In this document: positions 8,247-16,663 of the stretch, one piece after another | Layout: every line of letters starts with the position of its first letter | Numbering within the stretch: position 1 is the stretch's first letter | NCBI GenBank assembly: GCA_013286205.1 | Contig: JABDGD010000004.1 | Span: 4,293 to 68,292, forward strand | Direction of reading: 5' to 3' | From: Candidatus Firestoneibacteriota bacterium | GTDB taxonomy: Bacteria > Oederibacteriota > Muellerivitia > Muellerivitales > Muellerivitaceae | DNA: 64,000 nucleotides | Translations under genes and position numbers: made by a program | Notes under the pieces: model-generated | The model's database searches: none | What the model saw: only the letters and a program-made list of their open reading frames with translations | What the model was told of the DNA's origin: nothing

Positions 8247-8927
8247 ATGAAATACTTCTTCCTTTTATTAACGCTTATGCTCATCAGCCCGTTCAGTTAC
8301 GGTCAAAACCCAGACCTAGCTAAAACCATTCCCGACCAAAGCGGCTATTATCCGATCGACTTGGGCGCGCAATGGACCTTCGAGCTCAAAGAAAAGAATC
8401 AAATTAAAACATCCATCGTCACCTGCGATAAAACCGGAAAAATTCACAACTTAGAATGCGTTCACTTAAAAAGCTCCGAAAACCGCCTTTCCTGTTGGGT
8501 TCGAAAGGAAGGCAACGTGGTGAATATCATGCAAACCAGCCGGTCTATTTTGGGGTTGGCCAATGTGGCGATCACCTTTGACCCGCCCATTCCCATCTTA
8601 AAGTTTCCCCTCACCAAGGGTGACACTTGGGAATATCAGGGCTGGGGCCGCACCTTTTTTCTCAGCAAGCCGCTTCACGTGAGTTATCAAAACAAGGGCC
8701 TCGAAACCCTTCAGTTGGATGGAAAGTCTTACAAAGCCTACCGCATTGAAGCGAGTTATCAGGTGGGTAACGATCCGGCGAAAACCCAAATTTCTTGGTA
8801 TGCCCAGGGCCTGGGTTTTGTTCACAGCCATTCCGACGCGCTGGAAATTACTTTGAAAAACTATGTCTCAAGCCAAGTAGTGGATACCCATAAAAAAATA
8901 GCTCCAATGGATGATTCAGAAAAATAA
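8247..8927 (+). CDS. Exported hypothetical beta-rich protein
   Basis: Signal peptide MKYFFLLLTLMLISPFSYG; YYPIDLGAQWTF, FPLTKGDTW, SWYAQGLGFV pattern. Confidence 0.7.
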   Translation: MKYFFLLLTLMLISPFSYGQNPDLAKTIPDQSGYYPIDLGAQWTFELKEKNQIKTSIVTCDKTGKIHNLECVHLKSSENRLSCWVRKEGNVVNIMQTSRSILGLANVAITFDPPIPILKFPLTKGDTWEYQGWGRTFFLSKPLHVSYQNKGLETLQLDGKSYKAYRIEASYQVGNDPAKTQISWYAQGLGFVHSHSDALEITLKNYVSSQVVDTHKKIAPMDDSEK

Positions 8928-8943
8928 TTCGGCTATTTTTAAT

Positions 8944-8976
8944 GAGGCGCAAGATTTGGCTAACGGCTAGCAGCCG
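8944..8976. repeat. Dispersed repeat copy D (partial) at the left edge of the AT-rich island
   Basis: gaggcgcaagatttgg followed by CGGCT/AGCCG hairpin. Confidence 0.6.
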
Positions 8977-8994
8977 AAGAGCGTCGAAACCGTT

Positions 8995-9690
8995 TTATTC
9001 GATGGAGTCGCTTTTTTGAAGATTGTGTCGCGCACAAAGAAGTTGGATATTTTCAGCCAGTAATGACGTACCACCTTTGGCAAAAGGAAGAACGTGATCG
9101 TAATGGAGATTATCCGAACTTTGGCATTTCGTACATTTGCCCCCGTCTCGCTTCCAAACCGCTAACTTCACTGGCGAAGGGATTAAACGCGTGTGATCTA
9201 AATCAGGCACTTCATGATTTTCTAAATCAAACTCTTCTTGGGCGATTTCAAGACGAAATTTAAAGACTTCTCTTCTTCCAACTTTTTCCAACCAGGCATC
9301 CATTAATTTAAAAACCCCGTTGTAAACCCAAATACCGCTTTTGATTTTTTCATAAACTTTGACTAATTCGGCGTGATTTCCACTCTTCTTAGCTTTATGG
9401 GCGGCCTCAAAAAACTTCCCGTTTTCGGTCAGCTTTCCGGTTTTAGTGAACATAGGCTGATCTTTCTTTTTAACATCCCCAACCCCTCTGGTTTTCGGTA
9501 AATCGTGGCCTTCATAAATAAGAACTTTGCCATCTTCTTGAACTTGGTCCACATAAGGCGCACCTGGCCGAACACTCATTAAAATAACGCTATAGGCAGA
9601 TTTTAAATGAAAGTTCATGCCCCGTTGAAGCATGGAATCTTCTTCAGCGCATAACTGGGTGTGTGAAATAACATCGCCAGATTTAATCAT
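8995..9690 (-). CDS. HNH endonuclease with N-terminal SRA/PUA-like domain (putative modification-dependent restriction enzyme)
   Basis: C-terminal VWKRDGGKCTKC..LHYDHVLPFAKGG..NIQLLCARHNLQKS. N-terminal PYVD....LIYEG, TENGKF, VKVYEK, WVYNGVFKL pattern resembles SRA domains (inference). Confidence 0.8.
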   Translation of the reverse strand: MIKSGDVISHTQLCAEEDSMLQRGMNFHLKSAYSVILMSVRPGAPYVDQVQEDGKVLIYEGHDLPKTRGVGDVKKKDQPMFTKTGKLTENGKFFEAAHKAKKSGNHAELVKVYEKIKSGIWVYNGVFKLMDAWLEKVGRREVFKFRLEIAQEEFDLENHEVPDLDHTRLIPSPVKLAVWKRDGGKCTKCQSSDNLHYDHVLPFAKGGTSLLAENIQLLCARHNLQKSDSIE

Positions 9691-9699
9691 GGGCTTTTC

Positions 9700-9930
9700 T
9701 CATTTAGAGATTCCCTTAAATAAATCTTTAATTGAAACACCAAGGGCTTTGGTTAATGCAGAAAGGGTATGTAAGGTGGGATTTTTACGGCCTTGTTCTA
9801 AATGGGCAATGTAAATGGCAGAAAGATTAGCCATTTCGGCCAATTTTTCTTGCGTCAATTTCTTAGCTTTTCTTAAACGCGTTAGGTTTTCAGCAAACAT
9901 CTCTAAATCTTGGTCTTTTTGCGAGGTCAT
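9700..9930 (-). CDS. XRE-family HTH regulator (RM controller-like)
   Basis: LRKAKKLTQEKLAEMANLSAIYIAHLEQGRKNPTLHTL; directly upstream of the HNH gene. Confidence 0.88.
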   Translation of the reverse strand: MTSQKDQDLEMFAENLTRLRKAKKLTQEKLAEMANLSAIYIAHLEQGRKNPTLHTLSALTKALGVSIKDLFKGISK

Positions 9931-9967
9931 AATAAAACCCACAATAAGTCCAAATTATTCGCATGTC

Positions 9968-9985
9968 CTATTACTATAGTAATAG
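9968..9985. promoter_or_regulatory. Perfect 18-bp palindrome, probable XRE operator
   Basis: CTATTACTATAGTAATAG about 40 nt upstream of the XRE start; C-box-like GACTTATTGT nearby on the minus strand. Confidence 0.55.
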
Positions 9986-10103
9986 TTATTGATGTGTGAT
10001 TTGATTGAGTTAAATGAAGCAGCTATCGACAATCAAAATACGGAAAGCAAAGCGTAAAATGTAGGCGTGACTCTTTGCTCAAAACCCAAATTTCATTCTT
10101 TAA

Positions 10104-11552
10104 TTAGGCAATTTTGCTTTCTATGTCCGCAATTATTGAATCCAAATCATTCGCGGGCACACAATTAGAAATCCAAACCTGGCACATTGTCACCCACAAA
10201 TATTTTTCTTCCTGCACTAATAGTCTCGCCGCCTCTGAAAGCCAATCATGATGATCTGTTATAAGAACGGTTCGTTGTAAAATATCTATAATTTCTTCTT
10301 TTGCCTTTTCCAATCTAACACCTAAGGAAGTTAACGCAGAGTCCACATTTTTAATGTCCATAAAAACTTGTTTTTCTGGTGCCAAACTTCCATAAAACTT
10401 AACGCAACCTACACTTACTGGTTGATCCGCATCCAAAATCCCACAACCTTTGGAACCCAATAAATGACTTTGCTGACTCAATCGTCCAACAAGCTTTACT
10501 TCATTAGCAGGGCCAACAGCCACAACTCTTACTCTTCGCATATCAAATTTTCTAAACCTTAATAGCTCTTGTATTAAAATTACTGCCTCTTCATCTTCAC
10601 AATAAAGAATTGCCTCTGGATGAGACAACGTGTCCATTCTCGACAAAGCAAACTCAGGTGTAACTCCATAAAAAACCTCAACACCAGATACACTTCGTTG
10701 TAAGAAAATACGAGCTTCTGGAGGCAACTCTTCCAATACACACTTACTATGCGAGGAAAGTATTATTTGTATTTGCCCTAAACGCGAAAGCCAGAGTAGA
10801 TAGTGTATTAATCTGCGTTGCGCATAAGGATGAAGAGAAGCTTCGATTTCATCAATAATAAGTAAAGACGTATCTGGTATATTTTGAAGATAGAATAGAA
10901 GGTCTAATGTAGCATCCTCACCAGTGCCTTGATGAAATTGTGATATTTCCGAACTACCGATCTTTACAACCCCAACCGCACGTTTACTATCAAAATTAGA
11001 CTTAGCGAATTTCGCTTCAGTGTATTCACGACCCATTATTCTTGAATAATACTTAATGGTTTGAGGATCTAATTGGTCGACTGAAACTTCGGTTGCAGAT
11101 CTTTTCGTTTGAATTGCATAGCCAGCAATCGCATCCAAAGGTAAGGTTCTGGAAATATCGTGCCATCTAACAGCACGACCATGCCGTACTTTTGGGTACC
11201 TCCAATTTTTTGTTGTTTTCTGTAATTTGAACTCTGTTTTATGGTCCCCTTCCTTTATTTTGTAAATAAGTTCAACATTTTGAACACGTTCCCAAGCTGT
11301 ATCTGGAAAAAAGCTACTCGGATAGTACGTTTCTGTTGGATCATCAGAATCTACGTATGCAGAAGCTGCCGCTTTTAGAATTGTTGATTTCCCGCATCCG
11401 TTTTCTCCAGAAATAACACAAACAGGGAATGGAAACCGAATTTCTTGGCCATGCCATCCACGCAAACCACTTATCTTTACGGACTCAAGGAACTTCGGCC
11501 AAGAATTATTATCTGACATTCTCGATTTTATTTTATTAACTTCGGGATCCAT
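10104..11552 (-). CDS. ABC-type (AAA_15/AAA_21-like) ATPase fused to TOPRIM-like domain (OLD-like ATP-dependent nuclease)
   Basis: Walker A GENGCGKST, signature QGTGE, Walker B LLIIDEIEASLHP, H-loop SSHS; C-terminal LYCED and GILDAD (TOPRIM E and DxD). Confidence 0.8.
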   Translation of the reverse strand: MDPEVNKIKSRMSDNNSWPKFLESVKISGLRGWHGQEIRFPFPVCVISGENGCGKSTILKAAASAYVDSDDPTETYYPSSFFPDTAWERVQNVELIYKIKEGDHKTEFKLQKTTKNWRYPKVRHGRAVRWHDISRTLPLDAIAGYAIQTKRSATEVSVDQLDPQTIKYYSRIMGREYTEAKFAKSNFDSKRAVGVVKIGSSEISQFHQGTGEDATLDLLFYLQNIPDTSLLIIDEIEASLHPYAQRRLIHYLLWLSRLGQIQIILSSHSKCVLEELPPEARIFLQRSVSGVEVFYGVTPEFALSRMDTLSHPEAILYCEDEEAVILIQELLRFRKFDMRRVRVVAVGPANEVKLVGRLSQQSHLLGSKGCGILDADQPVSVGCVKFYGSLAPEKQVFMDIKNVDSALTSLGVRLEKAKEEIIDILQRTVLITDHHDWLSEAARLLVQEEKYLWVTMCQVWISNCVPANDLDSIIADIESKIA

Positions 11553-11584
11553 AATATTCCTTCAAAATTAAAAAAATAAATATC

Positions 11585-12811
11585 CTAGTTTTTTGTAAAA
11601 CTAAGTATCACTTCTTCTCTCATTCTTTTTTGCATGGCTTTTCCACTAGAGCTGTTACTTGGTGGCGGAAGATAACGTCTATTATCTGGCAAAGGTCTTT
11701 TCTTTATAAAATTGAGTCTCAATCCTTTTTCAATTGAAACATTTTTGATGATTTTCGAATTAGAAACAAAAACATTCCCTAAATTACAATCACCTATAAC
11801 AAAAATGGCTTTTCCGTTATTACAAAGAACTCGTTCGATCTCAGATATAACCAAATCAAGATCGAACACATATCTTTTAAGCATTCCCAATTGGGCTCCA
11901 GAGAGAACGCCAACTTCGTTCAAACCACAAAGCTTTAACACCTCCAAATCCCTTCTCGATTCTTCAGCTAATTTTTTTGTCGCGCCAATGTTCTCAGATC
12001 GAATTTTTCTTAGTTCAGATATGTTGTGGCCCATCCAAACCAACGACAATTTATGACCTCTCAAATAATCAATTGCATTTAAATAGGGCGGGGAGGTGAT
12101 AACCATGTCAACGCTTTTATTCCCTAACGATAAACTTCTCGCATCACCTCTTTTAATCAAAACCTTTTCCAATTCATTACAACGAACAAAACTCTCATTA
12201 AAAGGCATTCGTTTAAGAACAATTTTTAATTGCTTTGAAAAAAAATCAAACGGGGAAACAGGTGCACGCCTATATGATTTGTGCGGCCTGCTATGCGAAA
12301 CATCCATCGCCAACGAAACGCCTACTTTTTTTGTAATAATCATTCGCGAGAATGCACACCAAAATAAATTTTTAAACTTTTGATTTTCAACACTGTCAAT
12401 AACAAGGGATAAAGCAGAAAGCTCTTTTCTTGTTTTTTGGTCAAACCAAAAATCTATAAACTCTCTCGTTTCTTCATCTGCATGTTTTGGATAAGCTTTT
12501 CCTGGATCAAGTTTTTCGATCATCTTTTTTGCAGTATTTAACAAAATTTCAGAAGCGGTCAAAATTGCTTCTGGATTAGTAAGGTCCGAACACCAAGTTT
12601 TGGTCATTAACAAGGCCAAGGGATCTGTATCAAATCCAATACCTAAATTCCCCGTAGATCTAGCAACCGCAAGCGTTGTGCCGGACCCCATCATCGGGTC
12701 TAAAACACGAATACGTTTTTTCAATGACGAAAGTTCTTCCAGCGCAATTGCGGAGGCCATTCTTGCCGGAAACGGGTGAATTGGTTGAATTGAAGATATA
12801 AGAGAATTCAT
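11585..12811 (-). CDS. Amino-methyltransferase, alpha arrangement, probable N4-cytosine DNA methyltransferase
   Basis: HPFPARM, motif I VLDPMMGSGTT near the N-terminus, GDAR, motif IV ITSPPY. Confidence 0.88.
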   Translation of the reverse strand: MNSLISSIQPIHPFPARMASAIALEELSSLKKRIRVLDPMMGSGTTLAVARSTGNLGIGFDTDPLALLMTKTWCSDLTNPEAILTASEILLNTAKKMIEKLDPGKAYPKHADEETREFIDFWFDQKTRKELSALSLVIDSVENQKFKNLFWCAFSRMIITKKVGVSLAMDVSHSRPHKSYRRAPVSPFDFFSKQLKIVLKRMPFNESFVRCNELEKVLIKRGDARSLSLGNKSVDMVITSPPYLNAIDYLRGHKLSLVWMGHNISELRKIRSENIGATKKLAEESRRDLEVLKLCGLNEVGVLSGAQLGMLKRYVFDLDLVISEIERVLCNNGKAIFVIGDCNLGNVFVSNSKIIKNVSIEKGLRLNFIKKRPLPDNRRYLPPPSNSSSGKAMQKRMREEVILSFTKN

Positions 12812-14109
12812 TTTTTACTCAAAAACTTCATTGAATTCTCAGCTAAAGAAACAGAAAGCTTATCAATGAATTGTCTAACTTCTTTTCCACCGTCGTTTTT
12901 ACTCATTTCATAAAGCGTATAAACCAATGTTAAATAAAAGACCTCTCCACCAGAATGAGAAAGCCATTCTTTATAAATTTTATTGTCGCGATTTATTTTT
13001 AAAGATGCGCCATCTTTGGTTTCTTCATTTTTAAACATAATCCGGGTGTCGTAATGTGTAAGTTCGATTTTTAAACTTTTGTTTGATTCTCGTTTTATTA
13101 GTTTTTTGAATTTCTCAATTACTCTCGTCTCTTTTCGCGCGGGCGTTTTGGAATTGCGCACAGTCTTAACAACATCTGCAATTTCAACATTCATCTTTTT
13201 GTCTATTGCTTGCCAAAGTGGAGAATCACGGTCTATATCGGTTTTGTTCATTGTAAGAGGAAGATCAAAGTCGATATAAAGTTCGCCATAAAGCTTTTCC
13301 ATTGACCACTTTAAAGTCGCATCTGAATATCCAAAATACTCTTTATCTGCTACACATCGACCATATTGATAAATTCTAAAACCTTTTCTAAAGCCATCTT
13401 TTAACGATTCAGAAGTGACCTGCCCATACCAACCTTTTATATTATATTTTTGACTTAGAAAAGTGATGGAAAGCTTGATATCAGCTTTTACGTCCTCTTC
13501 AAACTCAACTTGTTTAGGCACAACCTTTATGCCATTTATTATAAAATCAACTTCTTCCAACAAAATCAAAGGCGTGTAGATTCTTTCAATGGTGCTCATA
13601 ACCGTTGACTGTCTAAACTCTCTTTTCAACCCAGTTAACTCCAACTTGACAAAACCATTGTCAATATTTGATGGAGAATTTTTTATTTCAAATTTTTTCA
13701 AACCTTCGGATCGATCTTCCCAATTTTCTACATTCAAATAATAAAAATCTTTGCTGCCTTTTGGCTTGGTTTCAATAGCAAAGCTTTTTGCTAAATAGCC
13801 TATCGACGCCTTACCACCTTGACCATATCGTCCTATTTGAGAATCTTTTTTTGAAACACCCCACGCAAAAAAATCTTTAAGATTTTCTGGGGTCATTCCT
13901 TTTCCATGTTCATTTTGAATATTCAAACTATTTTCATCAAAATTTATGGTAACGACTAATTTTGTGCCGCCAACACGATCGTCAACGGCATTATCAATCA
14001 ATTCAAGCAATGCTTCGTATTGGCTAGAAAAATTCTTATAGAGAGCGCTAATAAGTTGTGGATTAAACGTTTCTTCGATGGTCTTTAAGTACTCTTCATT
14101 TTTACCCAT
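12808..14109 (-). CDS. GHKL (HATPase_c_3 / MORC-like) ATPase
   Basis: EALLELIDNAVD (N box), HGKGM, SKK..IGRYGQGGKAS (G2), and S5-like GFRIYQYGR..LYGELYIDF.LPLTMNKTDI; ATGA overlap with the methyltransferase gene. Confidence 0.85.
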   Translation of the reverse strand: MGKNEEYLKTIEETFNPQLISALYKNFSSQYEALLELIDNAVDDRVGGTKLVVTINFDENSLNIQNEHGKGMTPENLKDFFAWGVSKKDSQIGRYGQGGKASIGYLAKSFAIETKPKGSKDFYYLNVENWEDRSEGLKKFEIKNSPSNIDNGFVKLELTGLKREFRQSTVMSTIERIYTPLILLEEVDFIINGIKVVPKQVEFEEDVKADIKLSITFLSQKYNIKGWYGQVTSESLKDGFRKGFRIYQYGRCVADKEYFGYSDATLKWSMEKLYGELYIDFDLPLTMNKTDIDRDSPLWQAIDKKMNVEIADVVKTVRNSKTPARKETRVIEKFKKLIKRESNKSLKIELTHYDTRIMFKNEETKDGASLKINRDNKIYKEWLSHSGGEVFYLTLVYTLYEMSKNDGGKEVRQFIDKLSVSLAENSMKFLSKK

Positions 14110-14262
14110 ACAAAAACTCCCTATGTTCTTTTATCAGAACCGTTCCAAAAACCAATCGATTTGTCACTATTTAAAATTTAAGCGCTAAAGTCTTGGAAAT
14201 TATACGTTTCTTAATTAGCTGTTTACACAAAATCATTTAATAACAGGTGCTAACTTAATACT

Positions 14263-16242
14263 TTAAGTCTCCTGCGAAGATTCAGCCGCAACTGGATGAA
14301 TCACATCAACTTTATAAAGTGCGTCTATTTGAATAACATTCGATTTTGTTGCCCTGGTTAATACTAATCGCTCTTTTAAATACTCGCTTAAAGCCACATC
14401 CTTACACCAAACATAACAACCCTTACGTCCGCGAGACAGCAAAACACGGTATGTGCTTTTAATAATGTTATCAACACGATCTAAAATTGCTTGTTGGGCC
14501 ATAGGATCATATTTAGCTTCTTTAAATTCCCCCTTCCAACCTTTAAGACTGGCGTCCGTCTTAGCTCTTTTGGTTGGATCACCAAGAACATGCTCATTTT
14601 TGTAAGCCAAATCATCACCTATCAAAACGCCCATCCAATCAAATTCTAAACCTTGGCTGGTGTGGATACAGCCCACTTGACCTATTCCATCTTTTGAAGC
14701 GGCCCAACTTTCACCGTCATAATTCCATGGCAAAGCTAGTCCATCTGCCTGCACGTGCATTACTGTTGTTCCCCGTTCACGACCTTTTGTTGGCCAGGGC
14801 CAAGAATAGCCAGCGATTAAACGGGCTTTGTTGTTGTCATTTTTAGCTTTTAAAGCTTCGTACAAGTCTTCAGCTTTATCAAAAACCTTAAACTCATACT
14901 GACCATCACCCCAATTATCGTAATTACCTGTGGGGCGAATTTGCAGAACATCATCTAACCAATTGAGATACCCGGTTGAACCATTACAACGAAATTGAGC
15001 CGTTAGCTTCATCGGTTCGTGAAATTCGGCTTTAAATTTTTTAGCGGCATCTTTAATGGTTTCTATCGACCCAGAATCTTGCCAACTAACCCTTTGTGAT
15101 TCATCAATAAAGAAAACGCTAATGCGCGCGCTTCGCACCATGTCTTCGACCATGCTTTTACCTTTGTATTGATAGGCTTTGTCTTTTAAACGGTGCGCTT
15201 CATCCACAACTAATATTTCGTTTCGTTCATCTTTACGGTAATCAGATTGGTGAAAGCTCCAAGACGACTTAAAGAGCGCTTCACCATCTTCACGATAGCG
15301 TCTATCACCCTTCGACAAACTATCCACCAAGGCATCCCGAAAAGCTTTATTGGGTGCAACGAAAAAAGCCATGCGCTTTTTCTTTAGTGTCTCGGCTAGC
15401 AAGCGGACCGCAATAACGGATTTGCCTGTACCAGGTCCGCCTTCCACTACAAAAACATGTCGATGAGTCCGGTCAGCATCATTAAGAACTTGATGACGAA
15501 TAACTCGAAAAGCTTCATCTTGTTCATCAATCAATTGAAATTCTTCATTTCCTTCTAACATGCTTTCGACGCGACTTATAAGTTCGTCGGCTGGTCGCCA
15601 GCGTCCTTGGTCCAAAAGAAACAAAACATCATTCGTGGCTTTTTTGGGAATTAGTTCTTCAAAGTAATGCCGAAGGATTGAAACGTCGTCAGCGAGAAAT
15701 AATCGTGATTCAGCCAACAAATCTTTATAGCGTGAATCCTCTAAAGGCTCCGGGTTACGGCGGCGAAGATTAAAAAGGTAGGCTGACGGATGCATTTGAA
15801 CACCCTTTTCCAAAATATCTTGGTTGAAGCGCATAATCATGCCCTTGTACTGCCGGGCCTGCAAACTGGGATGTTGTTTTATTTTTCCACCGCCAACGGG
15901 GGCAAAAACCATATTTTCAATTTCAGTAGCGTCTGCTTTATCCCAGGCTTTCAGCTCGATGATCAAACCGTTGTCGTTTTTGCCATCACTGCCGGCCAAA
16001 AGAACATCGATGCGATTACGGCCAATAGATGAAACGTGATATTCAATCGCGACTTGAATATCGTCAGCTACTTCGGCCTTACGTAGTACGCCTGAAAACT
16101 GTGCGTATTCAGAAGCCCAAACTGAACGGTCAGCTGGTATAGAACCCGTCTTAGCTTTAAAGGCGTTTTCCAAGCTGGGTTGCAGAACGTTGTTATCAAC
16201 ATCTTCTATGAAGCCAGCTTTTGTGTTTTGGTAAATGATCAT
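14263..16242 (-). CDS. DUF2075 (Schlafen group 3-like) SF1 DNA/RNA helicase with N-terminal PD-(D/E)XK-like nuclease domain
   Basis: IEY..RIDVLL...IIELKAW; VEGGPGTGKS; VVDEAHRL; QFRCNGS; GCIHTSQGLEFD; YRVLLSRGRKGCY. Confidence 0.9.
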   Translation of the reverse strand: MIIYQNTKAGFIEDVDNNVLQPSLENAFKAKTGSIPADRSVWASEYAQFSGVLRKAEVADDIQVAIEYHVSSIGRNRIDVLLAGSDGKNDNGLIIELKAWDKADATEIENMVFAPVGGGKIKQHPSLQARQYKGMIMRFNQDILEKGVQMHPSAYLFNLRRRNPEPLEDSRYKDLLAESRLFLADDVSILRHYFEELIPKKATNDVLFLLDQGRWRPADELISRVESMLEGNEEFQLIDEQDEAFRVIRHQVLNDADRTHRHVFVVEGGPGTGKSVIAVRLLAETLKKKRMAFFVAPNKAFRDALVDSLSKGDRRYREDGEALFKSSWSFHQSDYRKDERNEILVVDEAHRLKDKAYQYKGKSMVEDMVRSARISVFFIDESQRVSWQDSGSIETIKDAAKKFKAEFHEPMKLTAQFRCNGSTGYLNWLDDVLQIRPTGNYDNWGDGQYEFKVFDKAEDLYEALKAKNDNNKARLIAGYSWPWPTKGRERGTTVMHVQADGLALPWNYDGESWAASKDGIGQVGCIHTSQGLEFDWMGVLIGDDLAYKNEHVLGDPTKRAKTDASLKGWKGEFKEAKYDPMAQQAILDRVDNIIKSTYRVLLSRGRKGCYVWCKDVALSEYLKERLVLTRATKSNVIQIDALYKVDVIHPVAAESSQET

Positions 16243-16263
16243 TTGGCCAAATGCCTTTTCGGT

Positions 16264-16641
16264 TTATAAATCGTTGTATTTCTTGTTGCTACCCTTTGAT
16301 TTATGAACTGGGTACTTTTTATTGTTGATCACCATTTTGCGACTCAAGGCGTGGCTTAAATCAATGTTGGCCATTTGAGCGAATCGCAAAAGCATAAAAA
16401 GGGTATCAGCTACCTCATGTTCTACTTCCAAACGTTTTTTAGGGTTCTTTAAATAGTTACGAGCTTCGTCTTCGGTTTTAAAACGGAAATGATCGAGAAG
16501 CTCAGCCGCTTCGGTGACGACACCAATGCTTAAATCTTTGGGCCCGTGGTACTGATCCCAATCCCGAACTTCACAAAATTGTTGGACAATATTCTTAAGT
16601 TGGTTGATGGTCGTTTTTTTATCCACTGTTTTCTTTCCCAA
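16264..16641 (-). CDS. MazG-like all-alpha nucleotide pyrophosphohydrolase
   Basis: RDWDQYHGPKDL, EAAELL, EVAD, KMVINNKKYP..KSKGSNKKY. Confidence 0.9.
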   Translation of the reverse strand: MGKKTVDKKTTINQLKNIVQQFCEVRDWDQYHGPKDLSIGVVTEAAELLDHFRFKTEDEARNYLKNPKKRLEVEHEVADTLFMLLRFAQMANIDLSHALSRKMVINNKKYPVHKSKGSNKKYNDL

Positions 16642-16663
16642 AATTTACTTGTCTTAAAAGTAA

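Noticed and set aside
6459-8985. CRISPR array or canonical integron cassette array
   Set aside because: Repeats are irregularly spaced, degenerate and partly intragenic; genes between them have mixed orientation; no cas or intI gene. Only copy A is loosely attC-like.
8995-11552. Septu (PtuA ATPase + PtuB HNH) or retron
   Set aside because: The HNH has an extra SRA-like domain and its own XRE/promoter, the ATPase carries a TOPRIM-like tail, and there is no reverse transcriptase.
10104-16242. Gabija
   Set aside because: The helicase is DUF2075-type rather than UvrD-like GajB and is separated from the ATPase-TOPRIM gene by two other genes.
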